Assembly (NCBI GenBank): GCA_005191425.1
Contig: SUPR01000026.1
Span: 6,113 to 38,112 of the forward strand
From: Candidatus Helarchaeota ASGARD archaeon Hel_GB_B
GTDB lineage: Archaea; Asgardarchaeota; Lokiarchaeia; Helarchaeales; HEL-GB-B
DNA length: 32,000 nt
Direction of reading: 5' to 3'
Made by a program: the position numbers and the translations under genes. Position 1 is the stretch's first letter. Every line of letters starts with the position of its first letter. Under the pieces are notes generated by a model that saw only the letters and a program-made list of their open reading frames with translations, did no database searches and was not told where the DNA came from. This document shows, piece after piece, positions 26,358-32,000 of this stretch.

Positions 26358-28880
26358 TTGGTGATAAATATGAAAGCAGTTATTATGGCTGGAGGCAAAG
26401 GGACTAGGCTCAGACCACTTACAAGTAATATCCCGAAGCCGTTAGTCCCCATTATAAATTCACCAATGATTGTCCACACAATTAATCTTTTAAAAAAGCA
26501 TAATTTTAATGAAATATTTATTACAATTAGTTATTTAGGTAAGCAGATTGCAGATTTACTTGGTGATGGATCTAAATATGGAGTATCTATCAAATATTTT
26601 TATGAGCAAAGACCTATGGGCACTGCCGGCGGAATTAAACAGATAGAAGAACTTGATGAAACCTTTTTGGTGATGAGTTCAGATATTTTAACAGATATAA
26701 ACTTAACTAACTTCTTAAAGTTTCATAAGAGCAATGGTGGAATTGGTACAATTGCCCTGACCAGAGAAGACGTGCCTGTTTCTTATGGAATTGTTATAAC
26801 TGACGAAAGGACAGGTCAAGTTAAAAAATTTCTCGAAAAACCCAGCTGGGCAGAAGTATTTAGTGATAAGATTAATGCCGGAATATATTTAATGGAGCCT
26901 GAGATTTTAGATTATATTGGGGAGGGTGAATATGATTTTAGTCATCAATTATTTCCGGATTTACTAAAAAAGGGAAAAGACCTTTTTGGACATATTTTTA
27001 ATGATTATTGGCTTGATATTGGCGACCCTGACAAATATATAAAAGCAAGTCATGATATATTGAAAAGAAAATTGAAAATTGATATACCTGGCAGAGAAAT
27101 AAAGAAAGGTGTTTGGATTGGAGAAGGTTCTGAAATTATGGACGACACAAATATTTGGGGTCCAGTTTTAATTGGTAAAAATACCCGTATAGAAAACGAT
27201 TGCTTTATAAATAGGACTTCGATTATTGGTGATAATGTTTACATAATGAAAGATAATCAAATAAGAAGAGCTATAATTTGGAATGGTGTTTCTATAGGTA
27301 ATAGTTGCAAATTAAATAACTGTATAATCGCAAATAGAGTAGAAATTGGCAAATTTACTAACATTATGAACAATGCGGTAATTGGAGACGATTGTGTTAT
27401 CGGTTCTTCCAGCACAATTAAAGATGGTGTGAAAATTTGGCCTGAAAAAATAATTGAATTTAATTCAATTGTAAATAGCAATGTTAAATGGGGTACATAT
27501 GTAAAAAAGAGTTTATTTGGTATTTACGGTATAAATGGGCTTGTAAATATTGAAATTACTCCAGAATTTTGCGCAAAATTAGGTTCCGCTTATGGTACTT
27601 ATTTAGGAATGGGGTCAAATATTGTAATCGGAACTGATACAAGACTTCTATCAAGTATGGCTAAACGCGCAATCTTAGCCGGTCTAATGTCCTCCGGGAT
27701 CAATATTTATGACCTTGGAATTATTCCAACTCCTATTTTAAAATACGCAATAAAATATTGGAATTTACAAGGCGGGATCTCAATTTCAGTCCCATTTTCT
27801 GAAGAAACATCCATTAATATACGATTTTTCGATAAAAATGGTTTTGACATTGATATTATGAGCGAGAAAATGATTGAAAATAACTTTTTTAAAGAAAACT
27901 TCTTTAGAGCCACTCCATACAACTTAGGAGTAGTTTCAGAACCTATCAGAGCTATTGAAGATTATTTTAATTATTTATTTAAATTTATTGATATTGAAAA
28001 AATAAAGAAAAATCGGTTTAAAGTAATTTTGGATTGTGCTGATGGTTCAAGTTCATCAATTCTACCTAAAATTCTTAGAAAATTAGGATGTGAAATTATT
28101 ACCTTAAACTCTCAGTTGGGCGAACAAATCCCAATTCGAGCACTTTCTCCTTCAATGGACAACTTATCGACATTGTCTAAAACTACAAAAATATTAGAAG
28201 CTGATGTAGGGATTGCTTTAGACGAAAGCGCAAACAAAATCCTATATGTTGATGATAAAGGTAATGTAATCTCTGGTGATACATCTTTGGCATTATTCAC
28301 AAGCTTTAGATTAGCAGAAAAACGCTCAGGAATTGTTGTAGCTCCCGTAACCACCTCAAGTATTATTGAAAAAATCTGTGAGAAATACAATGGAAAATTG
28401 ATTAGGACTAAAATGGGCTTTAGGTCTATTATTGATGATGTAATTAAAAATAAAGCAATATTTGCTGGCAACGAAAGCGGTGGATTCATTTTTCCTGAGT
28501 TTCAATTGTGTGAAGATGCGATTTTCAGTTCAATTTATATTCTTGAAGTTTTAAGTAAAAACAATATATCTTTATCAAATTTGATAGCAGAAGTACCTGA
28601 TTTTTATATGGCAAAAGATTACATAAATTCCCCCATTCAGTATAGAGGAAAAATAATGTATACTTTAATAGAAGAAAATTACACACATAAAATCGAAACT
28701 ATATCGGGTATTAAAATCTTTTTTGATTATGGATGGTGTTTAATTATCCCAAGTCCTTCTAAAGAAGGTTTTGATATTTATGCAGAAGCTAAGAATAAGC
28801 AATATGCTTCTGAACTAGTCAGACACTGGAAAAATCAAATAAATGATATTATTCATCGAATTGAAATAGGAGAAATTTAA
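26358..28880 (+). CDS. Mannose-1-phosphate guanylyltransferase (NTP transferase + left-handed beta-helix) fused to a phosphomannomutase-like domain (start probably ATG 26370)
   Basis: MAGGKGTRLRPLT...PKP, GTAGG, FLEKP, hexapeptide repeats, FG..GI.G.VN and GNESGG. Confidence 0.93.
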   Translation: MVINMKAVIMAGGKGTRLRPLTSNIPKPLVPIINSPMIVHTINLLKKHNFNEIFITISYLGKQIADLLGDGSKYGVSIKYFYEQRPMGTAGGIKQIEELDETFLVMSSDILTDINLTNFLKFHKSNGGIGTIALTREDVPVSYGIVITDERTGQVKKFLEKPSWAEVFSDKINAGIYLMEPEILDYIGEGEYDFSHQLFPDLLKKGKDLFGHIFNDYWLDIGDPDKYIKASHDILKRKLKIDIPGREIKKGVWIGEGSEIMDDTNIWGPVLIGKNTRIENDCFINRTSIIGDNVYIMKDNQIRRAIIWNGVSIGNSCKLNNCIIANRVEIGKFTNIMNNAVIGDDCVIGSSSTIKDGVKIWPEKIIEFNSIVNSNVKWGTYVKKSLFGIYGINGLVNIEITPEFCAKLGSAYGTYLGMGSNIVIGTDTRLLSSMAKRAILAGLMSSGINIYDLGIIPTPILKYAIKYWNLQGGISISVPFSEETSINIRFFDKNGFDIDIMSEKMIENNFFKENFFRATPYNLGVVSEPIRAIEDYFNYLFKFIDIEKIKKNRFKVILDCADGSSSSILPKILRKLGCEIITLNSQLGEQIPIRALSPSMDNLSTLSKTTKILEADVGIALDESANKILYVDDKGNVISGDTSLALFTSFRLAEKRSGIVVAPVTTSSIIEKICEKYNGKLIRTKMGFRSIIDDVIKNKAIFAGNESGGFIFPEFQLCEDAIFSSIYILEVLSKNNISLSNLIAEVPDFYMAKDYINSPIQYRGKIMYTLIEENYTHKIETISGIKIFFDYGWCLIIPSPSKEGFDIYAEAKNKQYASELVRHWKNQINDIIHRIEIGEI

Positions 28881-28918
28881 TATTTTCTTTTTTTTCCGAC
28901 CCACTGGTTTACTTAAAA

Positions 28919-29131
28919 TTATGATTTTATATGTTGAGCTAAATCTTTTAAAAATTCTACTATTGCTTTTTTTGCAAACACAGGGTCTACCGAAATTTTA
29001 TCATGCACCATTTTTAAAAATGCTGCAATCTCTCTAGTTTTAAACACTACAAATTGGTTGTTCTGAATTTGTTCTATACTTGCTTGACTTTTTATTATTT
29101 CTACAATTTTCTCAGCCATATTATTCAACAA
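28919..29131 (-). CDS. Small hypothetical protein (start probably ATG 29119)
   Basis: Amphipathic-helix-like 66-70 aa ORF convergent with the preceding gene. Confidence 0.55.
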   Translation of the reverse strand: MLNNMAEKIVEIIKSQASIEQIQNNQFVVFKTREIAAFLKMVHDKISVDPVFAKKAIVEFLKDLAQHIKS

Positions 29132-29314
29132 TCCTTGTATATTAATTATTTTTAATAGTTTATGATAATATATAATACTAATATATTAATATTTTAAAAT
29201 TTATTTATGAATATAATTTTTCTGATAATTATCAAACTTTGTAATTTGTGTCCTTTTTTTAATCTTATTATTTGACATTATTATATTATTTTTTAAAATT
29301 TTGAATTTGTATAT

Positions 29315-29342
29315 TTTCAAGATAAAAATTTCAAGATAAAAA
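29315..29342. repeat. Perfect 14-bp tandem repeat tttcaagataaaaa x2 in a divergent intergenic region
   Basis: Seen directly: 29315-29328 and 29329-29342. Confidence 0.8.
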
Positions 29343-29421
29343 ACAAAATTTATATACTAAAAAAGAGTTCATATTCTAAAATTTACTAATGCCATTAACA
29401 TTTTTTATGAAGATGTAATCT

Positions 29422-30846
29422 ATGAATATTTTATTAATAAATCCTTCAAGTAAAAGTCCAGTTTTAGGCTTAGATGATTTTATAAAAGCACCACCTTTAG
29501 GTTTAATGTATTTAGCGGCTATTCCAGATCCGGACGAACATAAGGTTAAAATTATTGACCTAAAATATAAAGAATGGCCTGAATCTAAATTAAGGGCAAT
29601 ATTAGAGAAAACGGACTTATTAGGAATAACTTGTTTAACTCCTTCTATAAATAGTACGATACAATTTAGCAGATTAGCAAAAGAATGCGGTGTCAAAAGA
29701 GTTGTAGTTGGTGGATATCATCCGACCTTAGATCGGTATTTAATAGAAGAAGAATCGATTGATATTACCGTTCAAGGAGAAGGAGAAAATACATTTAAAG
29801 AAATTGTTGAAGGAAAACCGCTTAAAGATATTTTAGGTATAAATTATTCTGAAAATGGAAAAATCTATTATAATGAATTAAGACCATTAATAGAAAATTT
29901 AGACGATTTACCATTCCCTAATCGGACTTTATTACGCCGAAACTTCTATAATTATTTCGGTTTATCTGTAGATGTTCTAGAATCTGCCCGCGGATGCCCC
30001 CATAACTGTAATTTTTGTTGTGTTACTGTCCATAATCGTCATCGATGGCGAGCTAAATCTCCTGAACGGGTCATAAAAGAAATTGAATGTCTGGACAAAT
30101 CAAGAAAATGGTATATTTTTCAAGATAGTTCATTCACTGTTAAAATGAGCCGCATAAAAAAGATATGTGATTTAATTATTGATCATGGTTATAGTTATAA
30201 ATATTTTTCAGCTCAAGGTCGAGTGGACGATATCGTAAATAACCCAAAAATACTCGATAGAATGGTGGAAGCTGGCTTTAAAATGATTTTTATTGGTATT
30301 GAATCTACAAAACAGGAAAGTCTCGACCGGATTGGTAAAAGGACTACTGTCGACCAGAATATTAAAGCAATCAAGATGTTACACGACAGGGGGATCACAA
30401 TCTTTGGGTCAATGATAATTGGGAATATTGATGAAACAATTGAGGATGTAAAAAAGAATATCGAATTCTGTAAGAAAATGGAAGTAGATATAATGCAATT
30501 TACTCCTCTTACACCATATCCCGGGACTAAATTATATACAGAAGCAATGGAAAAAAATTGGATAGAAAATACAAACTATGAAGATTGGAATTTAGTCGAC
30601 CCTATTATGAAAACTCCTGATTTAAGTATTAAAGAAATTAAAGATTTAGTTGTTTATGCATATAAAAGCTATTATCTAGGAAATATAATTGATAAAAATA
30701 CTTGGATTTGGAAAGGTGCTCGTAGAATTTCTCGGTCTCGATTTTTATGGTTCTGGAGAGAAGTACCAAGTTTCTTATTCAGTTCTATCCCAGCAATCTT
30801 GAAATTTGCAAAAAGACTAGATAAAATGAAAACCTCTTTCCGTTGA
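29422..30846 (+). CDS. B12-binding-domain radical SAM protein (class B methyltransferase/BchE-like)
   Basis: PPLGLMYLA, VVVGGYHPT, GEGE, RGCPHNCNFC, FIGIES and FTPLTPYPGT motifs. Confidence 0.92.
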   Translation: MNILLINPSSKSPVLGLDDFIKAPPLGLMYLAAIPDPDEHKVKIIDLKYKEWPESKLRAILEKTDLLGITCLTPSINSTIQFSRLAKECGVKRVVVGGYHPTLDRYLIEEESIDITVQGEGENTFKEIVEGKPLKDILGINYSENGKIYYNELRPLIENLDDLPFPNRTLLRRNFYNYFGLSVDVLESARGCPHNCNFCCVTVHNRHRWRAKSPERVIKEIECLDKSRKWYIFQDSSFTVKMSRIKKICDLIIDHGYSYKYFSAQGRVDDIVNNPKILDRMVEAGFKMIFIGIESTKQESLDRIGKRTTVDQNIKAIKMLHDRGITIFGSMIIGNIDETIEDVKKNIEFCKKMEVDIMQFTPLTPYPGTKLYTEAMEKNWIENTNYEDWNLVDPIMKTPDLSIKEIKDLVVYAYKSYYLGNIIDKNTWIWKGARRISRSRFLWFWREVPSFLFSSIPAILKFAKRLDKMKTSFR

Positions 30847-30876
30847 AATTATTGACATTTCTATTAAATAAAAAAA

Positions 30877-31584
30877 TTAAGTAATCAATTTAATCGAGAA
30901 ATCTGCTAATTTATTTATCGCAGATTCCCACTCTCTAATTGCCTTACCTACTATCATTATTCTACTAAGTAATTCTTCAGGAAAACAATCAATATTTATC
31001 CTTATTCCCGGCGAATGTTTTCGATATACAACTGGCTTGTTTTTGTTTCCATCACTTAAACTTAATAAGTTTTTTTCTATGATTTTTTTCATTATTAACG
31101 TATAAAGTGGGTCATTTCCTTCACACAATTTGGAAGACTGAATATTAATTAGATATGTCTCATAACGTAATTCACTTAATGGAAAATAACTGGCTTTAAT
31201 TCCTACTTTTATCCAACTATCTGGTGTCGGTTTTAACTTAGTATCATAGAAAAATATGAACCGTTTTTTACGTTCAATTGGAAAACCTGTCCTATCTAAG
31301 ATATCTAAAATATGTTTTGGTAAATGGTAAAAAGACAAGAACTGCTGAAAACTTATATTAATTAATATTATAAAAATGAAACTGAATAAAATAAACCACA
31401 CAATATTGTTAAAAACTTTTGGATACCAATAATTTAAAAAATATGTTAACAAATATGCAGTTGAAAGACCAAGTCCAAATACTAAAATATATGTAAAAGA
31501 ATGTCTTATGGCTACATATCTCCGAACTCCTCTAGAAAATTCTTTTTTTTCATCTAAATCTTCATGGCTCATGAAATTCCTCAC
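30877..31584 (-). CDS. Hypothetical membrane protein with two N-terminal TM helices (start probably ATG 31572)
   Basis: Two hydrophobic segments followed by a soluble domain; start overlaps the end of the upstream gene. Confidence 0.75.
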   Translation of the reverse strand: MRNFMSHEDLDEKKEFSRGVRRYVAIRHSFTYILVFGLGLSTAYLLTYFLNYWYPKVFNNIVWFILFSFIFIILINISFQQFLSFYHLPKHILDILDRTGFPIERKKRFIFFYDTKLKPTPDSWIKVGIKASYFPLSELRYETYLINIQSSKLCEGNDPLYTLIMKKIIEKNLLSLSDGNKNKPVVYRKHSPGIRINIDCFPEELLSRIMIVGKAIREWESAINKLADFSIKLIT

Positions 31585-32000
31585 CCATTTGACTTTTCGT
31601 TAATTTTTTATACTCCTCTCCAAATGAGCATAACGCAATTAAAAGTCTCATCTGAGGATGTTTATGGTTAATAAGTATTTGAAAAGGTAATTTCTTATTG
31701 ATCCCACTTGAAAAAGATTCTCCCAATGAAGCATGTCTATTAATAATTATCAGTCCTGCCTTTTCTAACTCTTTTATTTCGTTCCTAATATATGATAAAC
31801 TAGTGTTTGGACTATACTCCATTACTCTCCTCAAATCTACCGTTGATAATGATTGTGGAAACAAATGAGCTAATTTTAATAATGCAAGCCTTTTTTTTCT
31901 ATTAAATGATTGCAGTCCCATTAATAAATCATATATATCTATTATTAAATTTAAAAATTCTGTTTTAATTTCATCTGTACCTTTTACATTTGTAAAGGTA
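31562..32000 (-). CDS. Winged-helix DNA-binding domain protein, probably 5'-truncated by the window edge
   Basis: LSTVDLRRVME...SLSYIRNEIKELEKAGLIIINR is wHTH-like; the frame stays open upstream of the called ATG 31921 to the window end (TFTNVKGTDEIKTEFLNLIIDIYDLL-M). Confidence 0.7.
   Translation of the reverse strand, partial: TFTNVKGTDEIKTEFLNLIIDIYDLLMGLQSFNRKKRLALLKLAHLFPQSLSTVDLRRVMEYSPNTSLSYIRNEIKELEKAGLIIINRHASLGESFSSGINKKLPFQILINHKHPQMRLLIALCSFGEEYKKLTKSQMGEEFHEP

Noticed and set aside
6774-30398. Numerous 60-125 aa ORFs antisense to or nested in long genes (e.g. 6774, 8320, 17387, 19135, 21279, 23144, 27257, 28112, 29376, 30213)
   Set aside because: They overlap well-supported genes and have no motifs; expected by chance.
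31562-31921. Treating the 119-aa wHTH ORF as complete
   Set aside because: The frame is open to the window edge, so the gene probably starts outside the window.
1-32000. CRISPR arrays, tRNA/rRNA genes, IS elements or integrases
   Set aside because: No regularly spaced repeats, GC-rich structured RNA islands or transposase/integrase motifs were seen by eye.

Overview
Very AT-rich archaeal DNA, most consistent with an Asgard archaeon of the Lokiarchaeia/Helarchaeales type. This is inferred from TFB, eL33/L35Ae, a ubiquitin-like module, an SCP2 domain and an MCR-like operon. Housekeeping and metabolic genes include iorA/iorB, a PAP2 phosphatase, two radical SAM enzymes, tfb, nth, a class II aldolase and a mannose-1-P guanylyltransferase/PMM fusion. 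Two things stand out. (1) An intact mcrB-mcrG-mcrA operon (21391-25427) keeps the methyl/alkyl-coenzyme M reductase scaffold. By manual alignment to M. marburgensis MCR recalled from memory, it lacks the F430 axial Gln ligand, both active-site Tyr, most CoB-phosphate-binding basic residues and most PTM sites. It is followed directly by an SCP2 lipid-carrier gene. (2) A ubiquitin-like conjugation module: Ubl (GG plus short tail), an E2-fold protein with rearranged catalytic residues, and a JAB protease, with a Ubl-fused E1 and a double zinc-ribbon gene about 2 kb downstream. Also notable are an N-myristoyltransferase-like double GNAT, an IorB with a ferredoxin inserted, a Pro-rich protein with a WH2/FAB-like motif and a degenerate UxaB-like dehydrogenase. 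No tRNA, rRNA, CRISPR array or mobile element was recognised. All alignments were done by eye; no database searches were run.
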